IMG/VR virus record: IMGVR_UViG_3300031260_000020
Location: 1 to 39,838 of that record
DNA from: a virus
Strand: one strand, 5' to 3'
DNA: 39,838 nt
Part shown: piece after piece, positions 8,509 through 17,670 of the stretch
Position numbering within the stretch: the first letter of the stretch is position 1
Layout: each line of letters opens with the position of its first letter
Translations under genes and position numbers: made by a program
Notes under the pieces: model-generated
The model's database searches: none
Told to the model about the DNA's origin: nothing
What the model saw: the letters and a program-made list of their open reading frames with translations, nothing else

Positions 8509-8809
8509 AGCGGACCCTCCGGTATCTGTTGAGAGTGTCGAGAATCTTCTGAGAATAACTACTCTCGTATGTAACCGAAGCACCTTCGAGACTCTGAGAC
8601 TTAATACCCGAGTTCTCCAGGAGCTGATGATCCACCATGTCACAGGCTGTGAGTTGGAGAGCTGCTGGCAAGTCTTCGTCATCGTCATATCCACAGATAC
8701 CCTTGATCTCGGCTTCAACTGCTGCGATGATTGCTGTGAGTTGAGTGTCTTGAGTTGAGCTTGTGATTCCCCTGAGTGCTTTGTATTGAACAAGTGTCAG
8801 GAGTGCCAT
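8501..8809 (-). CDS. Head-tail connector protein (gp6-like)
   Basis: 102 aa, directly downstream of the capsid gene cluster; size and position typical. Confidence 0.5.
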   Translation of the reverse strand: MALLTLVQYKALRGITSSTQDTQLTAIIAAVEAEIKGICGYDDDEDLPAALQLTACDMVDHQLLENSGIKSQSLEGASVTYESSYSQKILDTLNRYRRVRYV

Positions 8810-8821
8810 TCTAGCACCTCC

Positions 8822-8846
8822 AAAAAAAGGGGGCCGTCTAGGCCCC
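8822..8846 (-). terminator. Rho-independent terminator after the capsid-region genes
   Basis: Minus strand reads GGGGCC-tagac-GGCCCC followed by TTTTTTT. Confidence 0.6.
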
Positions 8847-8850
8847 TTTG

Positions 8851-9360
8851 TCAGTATTCAAACTTGAATAAATACACCCCGGCGCTAGGTACGCCATTCG
8901 TGGCCACTGCATTCCAGGTAATTTTCACCGAAATATAGCCTCCCGATTTGAGAAATTGGAAGGTTTCTAGCGGGCCGATTATGAGACTTGCGGTGTCAGT
9001 GCCAGTCAGGGTTTCGGAGAGAGACCCTTTCGAAGCCCCTCCAAAGTCACCCGGGAGAATTTCGATAACTATACTGGTTGCATAAGCTGTGGGTGAAGCG
9101 TCGGAGAGTTCTGGGTCTATCTTGAACATAATGCCGATCCGCGGCGAGTCATACGCGAAATTGAATGTGCAGGCGTATGTATCTGTCGAGACATTGGTTG
9201 AGGTCGTGGCTACCAGCGTGAGAGTTGCCATATCGCTCAAGTCGAACTCCACGAAATCTCGTCCTGTGACTTCGACCGGGGTGGCTGTGATGGTCGTACC
9301 AAAAGTAAGCCCTCCAACTAGGAGGGCGATAACAACAAATAGCGTTGCAAGTTTTTTCAT
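8851..9360 (-). CDS. Signal-peptide protein of unknown function encoded between capsid and connector genes
   Basis: N-terminus MKKLATLFVVIALLVGGLTFGTTITA is signal-peptide/TM-like; Thr/Ser-rich beta-type body. Confidence 0.5.
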   Translation of the reverse strand: MKKLATLFVVIALLVGGLTFGTTITATPVEVTGRDFVEFDLSDMATLTLVATTSTNVSTDTYACTFNFAYDSPRIGIMFKIDPELSDASPTAYATSIVIEILPGDFGGASKGSLSETLTGTDTASLIIGPLETFQFLKSGGYISVKITWNAVATNGVPSAGVYLFKFEY

Positions 9361-9371
9361 GATATCACCTC

Positions 9372-10214
9372 TTAAGCCTTCGCCACAAGAAGATCGACGA
9401 GGCAGGCTGGCTGGACTACTTTGCGACCGTACACATAGAGCCCTTTAATCGCATCTGCAAACATCTTCTCGACTCTGTATGCCTCGGTCTTGTTGACCTG
9501 ACCAGCAAAACTAATAGCCTCTCTGGTCCCGGCGAGAACGTGGTAGTCTGTGCCTCCGGCATCGATATCGAGGTTGTTCGACCAGAGTACAGAGAATCCG
9601 GCGACTACGGGGACAACTCCTGTGGCCATATAGTTCTGCCACGCCTGCTTGTAATCGTCGTCTTTGAGAAGAACTCCGTGATACCAGGGCGGAATGACTA
9701 TCCATCTACCCTCTCTGGGAACGTTGTGCTCATCCATCTTAACACCAACATCGACTATGAGGTCATAGGGGTTTTCATTTCCCACTGCGTTGCCCACAGA
9801 GTAGGCGGCCCCGGCATTGTCCATCGTTATGCCCGCATCTCCGTGAAGACCTGCGACATCCTGGTCAATCAGGTCCGCAAGAGCGTATGCCGCTCTGGCC
9901 ATAGCTTTATCCATGAGCGTCACGTTCGACTGGGCGGCGTCCACGTCATCGACGTAGAAGTTGTAATAGTGGAGCTGGTCGATGAGCAGGAGCTGTTGGG
10001 CGGAATCGAGCTGGTCAGGATCCGCGATCGCGACGTTTTTAACGTAAGGCTTTACTGTAATGTTGCCTATCTGGTTGATTCTAACTGTATCTCCGGCGGC
10101 TTTAATCTCGCCTTCGTAATCTGTATTCACGAGCTGTTTGAACACGAGATTCTTGTCGAGATGCCGCTGAAGTCTTGTGCTCCATATTTCGGGAATGAAG
10201 TTATCTACTGGCAT
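9372..10214 (-). CDS. Major capsid protein
   Basis: 280 aa, immediately downstream of the scaffold gene; N-terminus MPVDNFIPEIWS... typical of capsid proteins. Confidence 0.65.
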   Translation of the reverse strand: MPVDNFIPEIWSTRLQRHLDKNLVFKQLVNTDYEGEIKAAGDTVRINQIGNITVKPYVKNVAIADPDQLDSAQQLLLIDQLHYYNFYVDDVDAAQSNVTLMDKAMARAAYALADLIDQDVAGLHGDAGITMDNAGAAYSVGNAVGNENPYDLIVDVGVKMDEHNVPREGRWIVIPPWYHGVLLKDDDYKQAWQNYMATGVVPVVAGFSVLWSNNLDIDAGGTDYHVLAGTREAISFAGQVNKTEAYRVEKMFADAIKGLYVYGRKVVQPACLVDLLVAKA

Positions 10215-10229
10215 TTCTGTTCACCTTCC

Positions 10230-10844
10230 TTAAAGTTTAATTTTTCCTTCTTCAAATAGCTTGTTAAATTTGGCCGGGTCTTTCTTGGCCATTTCCCTTG
10301 CCTGTTCCTTAGAAATCATTCCTGGCACGGGTTCGGGATTCGCGGGTTCGCGGCCGTTATTCTTGAGCAGTTGCTCCGTGAGCGTTTTTTTGTAGCTTTC
10401 CAAAACCTGCTCATATGCGGCGAGGGTCTTTTCTGTGCTCTCTTCGTCAGAGCCGATCAGGTTATCCACGATATCAACGGGAAGCTTCTTTTCGGAGAGC
10501 TTCTTGATGGCGAGATTCTTGAGACTTTCTTTTTTTCTGGCCGCTGCCTCCTCATTGAGCCTCTGCTCAAGCTCCCTGATCTTCTTCTGTTCGGGTGTCT
10601 CTTCCGGATTGACTTTCGCGATTTCTTCGTCCACCAGTTTCTTGAGGTTGTTCGCCTTCCAGGTCTCAAGACCCTTCGTATGGAAAGAATCGCGGTAGCT
10701 TTTGAATATGTCGTTCTTCTCGACGAATTCACCCACATTGTCTTTAGTGACGGTCGCCAATGGGTTGAACTTCGATGTGAATTCCTTTACTTCTGGTGCT
10801 TCGATATTCGTTTTGATTAGTTCCAACGCTTCTTTGAGTTCCAT
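10230..10844 (-). CDS. Scaffolding protein
   Basis: 204 aa, Lys/Glu-rich predicted coiled coil, located between head morphogenesis and capsid genes. Confidence 0.6.
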   Translation of the reverse strand: MELKEALELIKTNIEAPEVKEFTSKFNPLATVTKDNVGEFVEKNDIFKSYRDSFHTKGLETWKANNLKKLVDEEIAKVNPEETPEQKKIRELEQRLNEEAAARKKESLKNLAIKKLSEKKLPVDIVDNLIGSDEESTEKTLAAYEQVLESYKKTLTEQLLKNNGREPANPEPVPGMISKEQAREMAKKDPAKFNKLFEEGKIKL

Positions 10845-10967
10845 TTATATATCTCCTGTCCCTCAGAGTGCCACATGCCCTCAGAGTGGTTTGTATTGTT
10901 CATGAAAAAGCCCCAGCGTATAGGCACCGGGGCAGGGAGGTGAGAATGAAGAAAGTACGTGTCTTGT

Positions 10968-11273
10968 TTAGAAAAACTTGTTTATGTTATCTGTTGCTTC
11001 TGAAAGTGATTCAGCAATCTTCTCTGCAAGCTGGTCAATTTCTTTCTCAGCCCCATCTAAGTTCAAAGTTACGCCCAAACAGTTTGGATGCTCCGGTTCT
11101 TTTACTTCCGGTAGCTTGTTCCAGTTGTAGAACACTTCCTTCATTTTCAGATACAGCTCTGCCGAATACTCTGCTCTTCTCTCACCCAGAGCTTTGACTA
11201 TCTCGTGCATTTCATGTGCATTTAGTTCAAGTGTCACCTTTCTCAAACTTACCCCTCCTTCTGTTTCTTCCAT
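10968..11273 (-). CDS. Hypothetical protein
   Basis: 101-aa ORF. Confidence 0.3.
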   Translation of the reverse strand: MEETEGGVSLRKVTLELNAHEMHEIVKALGERRAEYSAELYLKMKEVFYNWNKLPEVKEPEHPNCLGVTLNLDGAEKEIDQLAEKIAESLSEATDNINKFF

Positions 11274-13003
11274 TCGCTGTATGTGATATAGTCGCTTATT
11301 CCTTTACCCTGAATCATTCTCGTTCTAGGTTCGCTGCCTTCAAACACGAATATAGTTGTGCACCGGCAATTGTGTGTTATAATACCTTTGTAGATGTCTT
11401 TGTCATTTGAAGACGCTAAATACCATCCGACTTGAGTTTGGAGGTTATAGATTTGGCCGCTAAAAGGGAAGACGTCAATATCAACGATCTTATCGCTAAA
11501 TATCTTCAAGGCTTTTCTGTCAAAGCCCTTTCCGAGTTTTTTAATATTTCCAGAACCGCTATCATCCCTAGACTCAGAAGAGCAGGTATCAGACCTCGCA
11601 ATAGAAGTGAGGCCATGTATCTCAGAATGGCCCAAACCACTTCTGAAGAAAAAGCTCGCCTTGCCGAAAAGGCTCACGATGCTGTTCGTGGCAAGCCTAA
11701 ATCCTTCAAAGCACTTGCTAAGCAAGCCAAAAAGAGGCAACTTACACATTCTCAAGTGGGCAAAGGAGAATATTTGCTTGCTTCTTGGCTTGAAGAAAGA
11801 GGACTTTCTCCGGTTCTTCAAGAAGCCGTTGGCAAGTACAACATCGACATTTCCTGCTGCCCCGTCGCCGTGGAATTGCTTGTCAACGCCTCGAACCCTT
11901 TTGCTAGGGCAACTGATAGAAAGAAAATTGAATACCTTACCAACCGAAATTGGACGGTTATTTATGTTTGGGTTACTAAAAGACACTTTCTTTCTGAAGA
12001 GGCCGCAGAGTATATCGTCTCCCTTTTTGAGAGAACACATTCCGACCCAACCCTTAGGGGTAGCTATTGGGTGATTAGGGGTAGCGGCGAACTCTATGCC
12101 ACTAGCTGTTCTAATTCTAATTAATGTACCTGAATACTCTCTCTTTGTGGCGGCTTCAATCTTGTTGCTACATATTATGGTGTCTTCGGGAATACAGTTG
12201 ATGTCTTCAGACGCGACTCCGAACATCCCCGGGGCCTTAGTCTTGAGACCTCGAATGTGAAAGTATCCGTCCTTATCTTCGATCTGACCGTCTAGCGCTC
12301 TGTGAGTGTCACGAGTCTTGCTGTCGAGTGTGGCCACCCACATTCTCTTGGCTTCGACCCCTTTCTCCTGCATCTTCTGCATGGCTTCGAGCTGGGCCTC
12401 TTCCTTGCATCTGTGGCTCTCAGTCCATATGATTCTGGTGGCTTTGACATAGTTATTCTCAAGCGCGGCCTTTAACCGATCCGCAGTCTTGAAGTAACTT
12501 TCACCTTTAATGAGACCTTGCGTGACTTCCTGACGGATTCGCCAGAGGATCTCCTGACGGTTCTTTTCAAGAATCTCGGTGAGTGTGAGGCCCGAGACTG
12601 GATTCTGAATAGCCTTCTTGATGTAGTCTTTCGGGAGCTGATACCATCTGAGATTGATTCCTGTCGCCTGTTCTGCGATCCAGCCCATGCGGTTGTAGCC
12701 TTCTGAATAAACCTCAAATAAAAGAGTCTGGACCTCTCTCGCCTGAGTACGTGAGAGTTCTAGAATCGCTGCGTCGAGATCTTTCTGCATCTTTCTCAGA
12801 CGGTCGTACTTCTGCATCTCGGCCAGCGTGAGCTTGCCGCTTCTTGAGAAAGTCTTGTAGTATTTCTCGAGCTGCTCTTTCGTGGCCTTGAGCGATTCGC
12901 GGTAGGCTTTCTCGAGTTCCTTCAACTGGCGCTTCGTGAATCCGTCGTACCATCGCTCGAAGTCGTCGAAAGCGCCCTTAATTGTTAGCGCCATCGCCCT
13001 CAT
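11249..13003 (-). CDS. Head morphogenesis (minor head) protein interrupted by an intein
   Basis: Follows the portal gene; contains Hint-type boundaries: ...SEDIN/CIPEDTIICSN...TPNHPI... and ...DIYKGIITHN/CRCTT. Confidence 0.65.
   Translation of the reverse strand: MRAMALTIKGAFDDFERWYDGFTKRQLKELEKAYRESLKATKEQLEKYYKTFSRSGKLTLAEMQKYDRLRKMQKDLDAAILELSRTQAREVQTLLFEVYSEGYNRMGWIAEQATGINLRWYQLPKDYIKKAIQNPVSGLTLTEILEKNRQEILWRIRQEVTQGLIKGESYFKTADRLKAALENNYVKATRIIWTESHRCKEEAQLEAMQKMQEKGVEAKRMWVATLDSKTRDTHRALDGQIEDKDGYFHIRGLKTKAPGMFGVASEDINCIPEDTIICSNKIEAATKREYSGTLIRIRTASGIEFAATPNHPIATPKGWVGMCSLKKGDDILCGLFRKKVSFSNPNINNRPISVGKVFNFLSISCPSKRVRGVDKQFHGDGAAGNVDVVLANGFLKNRRKSSFFKPRSKQIFSFAHLRMCKLPLFGLLSKCFEGFRLATNSIVSLFGKASFFFRSGLGHSEIHGLTSIARSDTCSSESRDDSGSGNIKKLGKGFDRKALKIFSDKIVDIDVFPFSGQIYNLQTQVGWYLASSNDKDIYKGIITHNCRCTTIFVFEGSEPRTRMIQGKGISDYITYSEWKKQKEG
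11369..12196 (-). mobile_element. Intein (about 276 aa) within the head morphogenesis gene
   Basis: N-terminal Cys then block B TPNHP; C-terminal ITHN followed by Cys+1; central region is low-complexity on the sense strand. Confidence 0.6.
11432..12124 (+). CDS. Antisense ORF inside the intein: HTH plus PD-(D/E)xK (Vsr/DUF559-like) endonuclease-like protein (TTG start)
   Basis: 230 aa with protein-like composition; FNISRTAIIPRLRRAGI (HTH) and GEYLLASWLEERGL...YNIDISCCPVAVELL...NRNWTVIYVW resemble Vsr/DUF559-type nucleases. Confidence 0.4.
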   Translation: MSLEVIDLAAKREDVNINDLIAKYLQGFSVKALSEFFNISRTAIIPRLRRAGIRPRNRSEAMYLRMAQTTSEEKARLAEKAHDAVRGKPKSFKALAKQAKKRQLTHSQVGKGEYLLASWLEERGLSPVLQEAVGKYNIDISCCPVAVELLVNASNPFARATDRKKIEYLTNRNWTVIYVWVTKRHFLSEEAAEYIVSLFERTHSDPTLRGSYWVIRGSGELYATSCSNSN

Positions 13004-14336
13004 CCTCTTCGAGATTTACAGCCGGGTAGTAGTTCATCTGCTTCTCTCTCTGCTCATCCATCATCTTGATGACGGCTTTTGGATCGTCAATGAACGATGC
13101 CAGACCATATAGTATTTCGTCAGGGATGATGCCCTTGAGAGCGGTGAGAACCTGAGCGTCTTTCTCCAGACTGACAGGGAGGTTCCTGGTGAATCTCTGT
13201 GTGACGTGAAGCCAGTCAAGATTGAACGCTGGGGCCGAGGCCAGGACCTTGAACATTCTCTGATTGCTCGCCGAGAACTGTCGCTCTGCCGTAATGCACT
13301 TATTCTCAAGCGACAGGAGCTTGTATTTTCTCGACTCGCCCGATATATCGCTGGTGAATTCTTTGTCGGCGAAGTTGACAGACTTTGAGAATCTGAGAAT
13401 ATTTGCCTCAAGACGATTGAGGTGTGAATCCACGGCCTCGATGTTGATGTTCTTCTCGATGAAGGCCATATCGGAGCCTTCAGGGAGGTTGTAAGCCCCT
13501 GTCCTTAGAGCTTCCTTGATGACTTCCTTTGTGAGTTCCGCGCCGAGAACTTTCATATATGCCAGTCTCCATTGCTCAAGCTCGGAGTCGAGGTCCGACT
13601 CCTTCCTGTCGTATGCGTCGATGAGACTGAGGACCTTCTCGGCGTCACCCAGACGTTCGAGGTTGTTTGGGTATTCGATCAAAGGAACGTAATCAAAGAA
13701 GTGAGTTTGAGGGTTCAGTTTTTCCGTGTCGTCCAGGACGTAGCCATTCTCGGTCTTGATGTAGTATGTCACCTTCTCTTTGTCATACCACTCGACTCGT
13801 CCCCTTGTTTCCGTTGAGCCGTCGGGTTTCACGTACTCCATGTCGTAGTATCTGAGAGCGAACTGGGCCTCGTCGATAGAGCGATCCATTACCCAGATGC
13901 ATTCCCAGGGCCAGATGTTCATAGTGCGGACCTTCGCCTCGGTGTCGACATACAGAAGCCTCGCAGCCGTACCACAGATTGAGGCCAGTTTCACGGTTTC
14001 AGAGTCTAGAAGTTCAAGCCGGTTTCTCAGCTCAAAGTCCTCGAAGTCTTTCGAGTTCGTCTCGTACACTGCCGGGATTCCCATGAAGTACCCAACTTTC
14101 GTGTCAATGATCTCTGAGAAGAAGTCGTTGTTCAGCTTGTTGTTTATCTTCGTGTCATCCGTGACCGAATATGAACGCGTGAATATAGGAACTCCAGCCT
14201 CGGACGTTTTATACCTCTCATACAGGCTCTTCATTGTCTCATGCCTGCCGCTGTTTTCATCTATGAGATCCATGATTATTTGTGATGTCACTTCACCGTT
14301 GATTCTTATCAGTTCGCGAATGGTATCAAGTGTCAT
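12978..14336 (-). CDS. Portal protein
   Basis: 452 aa, directly downstream of large terminase. Confidence 0.7.
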   Translation of the reverse strand: MTLDTIRELIRINGEVTSQIIMDLIDENSGRHETMKSLYERYKTSEAGVPIFTRSYSVTDDTKINNKLNNDFFSEIIDTKVGYFMGIPAVYETNSKDFEDFELRNRLELLDSETVKLASICGTAARLLYVDTEAKVRTMNIWPWECIWVMDRSIDEAQFALRYYDMEYVKPDGSTETRGRVEWYDKEKVTYYIKTENGYVLDDTEKLNPQTHFFDYVPLIEYPNNLERLGDAEKVLSLIDAYDRKESDLDSELEQWRLAYMKVLGAELTKEVIKEALRTGAYNLPEGSDMAFIEKNINIEAVDSHLNRLEANILRFSKSVNFADKEFTSDISGESRKYKLLSLENKCITAERQFSASNQRMFKVLASAPAFNLDWLHVTQRFTRNLPVSLEKDAQVLTALKGIIPDEILYGLASFIDDPKAVIKMMDEQREKQMNYYPAVNLEEDEGDGANN

Positions 14337-14340
14337 AGCA

Positions 14341-15585
14341 TTACCTCCATGCTGAGTATCCGGCTGTGATTTTTCTTGGTCTCGTGAATATTCCGTACCT
14401 GAGAGCGTCCATGCAGTGGTCGTTCTCTTTCAGCGGCTTATCTTCACCACGTTCGGCCGCCTTGTTATCCCAGGCGTAACCATAGAACTCTTTGATCGTT
14501 TCCTTGCAGGAAGAATGAATCTTGATGTGACCTTTATCCAACTTATTGGCCACGGTGCGGATCCCATCAAGAACGTCGTTTTTAGCCTGGGTGACTTTGA
14601 ACCCGTGCTGCTGAAGTTCCACGATGAAAGAAGCCGCCGAGGGATCGACTATGATCTCCGTAGTCCGCTTCTCGAATTCGTTCCTCTGGAGAAAGACTTC
14701 GAGATCTTCTCGATACTGGGTGTCGGTCTTCTGTTTCCCTGTCTCTCTCCCTGAATGGTAGTATTCCGAGAGAATGAAGGTATCTTCTCCAGCGTCGCCC
14801 ATCGCCAGAAAGACCGTGGGATTTCCGGTCCCGTAGTCGCAGGCGACGTACTTTCGACTCAGAGAGCCCGGAAGGCTTGCCACCACGTGTTTCTCCTCTG
14901 AGAACATATCGTAGATGATCCCCTCTGCTATGACCCACTGACCGAGAATGAACCTGCGATACCACATACCCGAGTAAGCTTGTTTCAGTTCTTCCTTGTA
15001 TCTTTCATCCAGGGTGAGGTTGTCCTCGAGGTTGAAGTGCCAGTGACGATAGCCCTTCGTTCCCGCCTGGTCGATATATTCCTTCTTGATGAAATGGTTC
15101 GGATTGTCCGGGTTCGTGGTCCAGATGGCCTTCGCGCCAGGCAGGGACATTCTGTTGATTGCCTGCTTGATGAACGTTTCGTGGTGAAGCGTGGCCTCGT
15201 CTGCGTACCAGCCCGCTATCGTCATTCCTCTGATCGCTTCTTCCGAAGTGACCTTGTCAGCTCCGCGACAATAACAGACTTTATCGCCGGCTCGAGAATG
15301 AAAGATTAACTGCGGACCACCTTTTGGTGACTTCTGATATGTAGCCCTGCGGTCTCCAACAGTTTTAACCAAATCTTTAACCACGTTTCGGTACAGCGAG
15401 TCTGTGGATTCGCCGCTCATGAGAAACTGGTCGTATGGATTCGTGAGAACAAAGTACAACCATGCCACGTTGGCCGCGATTGTCTTTCCCGACCTGACAG
15501 ACCCCTCGAGAATATTGATGAAAGAATCGAAGCCATCTATAACATCAAGCTGTTTTGAGCTGAATGGTTTCCAGTCGCAACTCAT
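14341..15585 (-). CDS. terL: Terminase large subunit
   Basis: Walker A-like GSVRSGKT, Walker B-like WYADEAT, C-terminal nuclease-like ENDHCMDALRY. Confidence 0.85.
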   Translation of the reverse strand: MSCDWKPFSSKQLDVIDGFDSFINILEGSVRSGKTIAANVAWLYFVLTNPYDQFLMSGESTDSLYRNVVKDLVKTVGDRRATYQKSPKGGPQLIFHSRAGDKVCYCRGADKVTSEEAIRGMTIAGWYADEATLHHETFIKQAINRMSLPGAKAIWTTNPDNPNHFIKKEYIDQAGTKGYRHWHFNLEDNLTLDERYKEELKQAYSGMWYRRFILGQWVIAEGIIYDMFSEEKHVVASLPGSLSRKYVACDYGTGNPTVFLAMGDAGEDTFILSEYYHSGRETGKQKTDTQYREDLEVFLQRNEFEKRTTEIIVDPSAASFIVELQQHGFKVTQAKNDVLDGIRTVANKLDKGHIKIHSSCKETIKEFYGYAWDNKAAERGEDKPLKENDHCMDALRYGIFTRPRKITAGYSAWR

Positions 15586-16013
15586 CGTCTGCGACTCTCC
15601 AGGATCGCGTCCGCGAGTTTCAGGAGCGGGTCGTCTTTGCCGTCTGGAGTCTCGAACCCTTCCATCTCGTCTTTCATGGCCTTGAGATAGTCGAGGAGGA
15701 GTTTGTCGTCATTCTCCATGAGTCGCTTTATCTTCGTGCCGATCAGGTTGACACGCGAGGCTTTTGATGCAAAGGGTAGATTGTTCAAACTTGTTTGCAT
15801 TTCCTTCTTAATCTCATTGATTTCATCTTTGTGTGTATATATATAGCTGCTGCAAGTATTTTGGTTGTATTTCACCCCAAACTCATCTAACAATTTTTCG
15901 CAGATAACACGAGCGGGTAAATCCAATGCAGCCCACATCTTAACCATTCCATAGGGGACAGGCTTCTCTCGTTTTTTTGTGGAATTTTGTGGTTTTTCAC
16001 TCATTGGAATCAC
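15582..16013 (-). CDS. Putative terminase small subunit
   Basis: 143-aa ORF overlapping terL start by 4 nt. Confidence 0.45.
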   Translation of the reverse strand: MIPMSEKPQNSTKKREKPVPYGMVKMWAALDLPARVICEKLLDEFGVKYNQNTCSSYIYTHKDEINEIKKEMQTSLNNLPFASKASRVNLIGTKIKRLMENDDKLLLDYLKAMKDEMEGFETPDGKDDPLLKLADAILESRRR

Positions 16014-16101
16014 CTCACTTTCAAAGCCTTCTTTATCAGCTCGACGAGCAATTCGTAGATGGGCTCGTTCACTATGATTTCAGTCTTGGTACGCCCTGAA
16101 C

Positions 16102-16389
16102 CTATCTCAATTTTTCTAATGCACTGCCAGAGTTCGTACATGATTGCTCCTCATCAAGTTCCTTCTCCTGGTTCTCCCTCATCTGTGCGAAGAGTCTGAG
16201 ACACCGCCATGAGCAGAACTCGGCTCCAGACTCCAAGATTTTCCAGTGATGATTCATAGTCTCTACTTTTCCGCAATAGTCGCACCGATGAACCAGCAAA
16301 ATGACCTCCAAATAAAAGGGAGCCCGAAGGCTCCCTGGTGTGGAAGGAAGAAGGTAATGGAAGCGGGCCGAGAAGTCGAATCTCGACAA
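16102..16389 (-). CDS. Hypothetical Cys-containing small protein
   Basis: 95-aa ORF; true start may be internal. Confidence 0.25.
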   Translation of the reverse strand: MSRFDFSARFHYLLPSTPGSLRAPFYLEVILLVHRCDYCGKVETMNHHWKILESGAEFCSWRCLRLFAQMRENQEKELDEEQSCTNSGSALEKLR

Positions 16390-16485
16390 TCGCCTTATGA
16401 GAGCGATCTGCGTCCGCCGCTGCCCGCTTTGAAAAACGGGGCAGTTTCATTGAAGCCCCGCCGACCGAGAAACCCCGATCCATAT

Positions 16486-16845
16486 TTAGACTAGCTTCTT
16501 GATTGTCTTTCCGTTGTCATTACAGAGATATGCTTCACAAAGAGGGTGAATGACTATGACCTCTTCTTCACCGTTTCTTAAGCACCACACTGCTTTTGCC
16601 TCAATTACTTCCTGTTCCTTCTCAACACAGTTCTTTGCATCAACCTTTTCGTATGCCGATGCACAGTCATTAGTAGGCATAAACAAGCGTGATGCTCCGT
16701 AATATTTGCTAACAGCACCGAACGGCTCTTCAGATTTGAAAATTTCTGCTTCCCTATTGACAAAATACATCCCGTCAATAATCTTAACTTCTCTCAAGTT
16801 GTCAAGCACAAACTCTTCAGGGTAATTCAACACCATTAAAATCAT
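16486..16845 (-). CDS. Hypothetical protein
   Basis: 119-aa ORF with GGAGG RBS upstream of ATG at 16845. Confidence 0.4.
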   Translation of the reverse strand: MILMVLNYPEEFVLDNLREVKIIDGMYFVNREAEIFKSEEPFGAVSKYYGASRLFMPTNDCASAYEKVDAKNCVEKEQEVIEAKAVWCLRNGEEEVIVIHPLCEAYLCNDNGKTIKKLV

Positions 16846-16907
16846 CTTTTTTCCTCCTCTCTGTCTAGTTACTGTCTAGTAAGTTACTGGATTTATTGCA
16901 ACACTGA

Positions 16908-16999
16908 TGGGCGCAGCGAGAATCGAACTCGCAAGCAGCACACGATGCTGCTGTAATCTCTCGATTACTACGGTATCGGCCTGGCATACCATTGCGCCC
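16908..16999 (-). tRNA. tRNA-like gene with long variable arm (type II; possibly Ser, anticodon uncertain)
   Basis: Perfect 7-bp acceptor stem GGGCGCA/TGCGCCC, T-arm GCGAG-TTCGATT-CTCGC, extra-arm hairpin AGCAGCA-tcgtg-TGCTGCT; anticodon arm not canonical by hand folding. Confidence 0.45.
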
Positions 17000-17046
17000 G
17001 CATAAACCTACTAAGCCTTATATCTGAGAATTAAGGCTGTGCGAGT

Positions 17047-17087
17047 TAAAAAAAGAGGGACCACGTTATCCAGACGGCCGCCCCTCT
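17047..17087 (-). terminator. Possible terminator downstream of the HNH gene
   Basis: Minus strand AAGAGGG-22 nt-CCCTCTT followed by TTTTT; long loop, so weak. Confidence 0.3.
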
Positions 17088-17139
17088 TAACAGACTCTAA
17101 CAGATACAAGTATAACACAAACAATTAATTAGTTGCAAG

Positions 17140-17670
17140 TCAAGTCCCTTCTTTGTAGATTTTAAGATAGTCCATAGTCAATTCAAATAATCTTTCTACA
17201 TCAACCCTCACATTGCTTCCATCATCCACCAAGAGATCTTCTCCTGTGTCTTGGAAGATTCGCTTGATGTTTCTCCTCACGCCTTCGTAGTCATCAATAA
17301 GTTGGCGGGCAAACCAGATAAATGCCTTCCTAGTATTAGGAGTTAAATTATCACTTGCCCTAATTATTCTATGGCAAAAATAATGACAGTTCGGGCAAAC
17401 AAGCAGGAAATTGTCAAACGTATTCCCTCCGCCTTGAGAATATGGTATGAAGTGATGTGTTTGAAGCATTGTTGAAAATTCTCTTGGAGGTACAAATCCA
17501 CAAATGTCGCATTGTGCTGTTCGAGTTTTCAATCTAAGACTTTTGTAATGTCGGATACTCTTCACGTATATTTTCCTATTTCTTTCGTCTTCCTTTGGTA
17601 TTTCTACGTGTTTGCCTATTTTAATCGACAGAAGCAAATCTTCTACACTCATCCAACAACCTCCTCGCAA
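17140..17670 (-). CDS. HNH endonuclease (terminase-associated)
   Basis: CDICGF...HHFIPYSQGGGNTFDNFLLVCPNCH HNH motif; located upstream of the terminase genes. Confidence 0.8.
   Translation of the reverse strand: MRGGCWMSVEDLLLSIKIGKHVEIPKEDERNRKIYVKSIRHYKSLRLKTRTAQCDICGFVPPREFSTMLQTHHFIPYSQGGGNTFDNFLLVCPNCHYFCHRIIRASDNLTPNTRKAFIWFARQLIDDYEGVRRNIKRIFQDTGEDLLVDDGSNVRVDVERLFELTMDYLKIYKEGT

Noticed and set aside
9372-10214. YVDD tetrapeptide in this ORF, considered as a reverse transcriptase active-site motif for the DGR
   Set aside because: The protein is 280 aa, sits between scaffold and connector genes and otherwise looks like a major capsid protein; an isolated YVDD without other RT motifs is not evidence of an RT
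12472-12953. Minus-strand ORFs 12472..12717 and 12714..12953 and plus-strand ORF 12518..12706
   Set aside because: Alternate-frame or antisense overlaps within the head morphogenesis gene; Arg/Ser-rich translations typical of off-frame reading
16861-16890. Short direct repeats (CTGTCTAGT x2, AGTTACTG x2) considered as a CRISPR array or att site
   Set aside because: Only two short copies and no spacer-repeat periodicity; no integrase anywhere in the genome. More likely a promoter or regulatory element next to the tRNA-like gene
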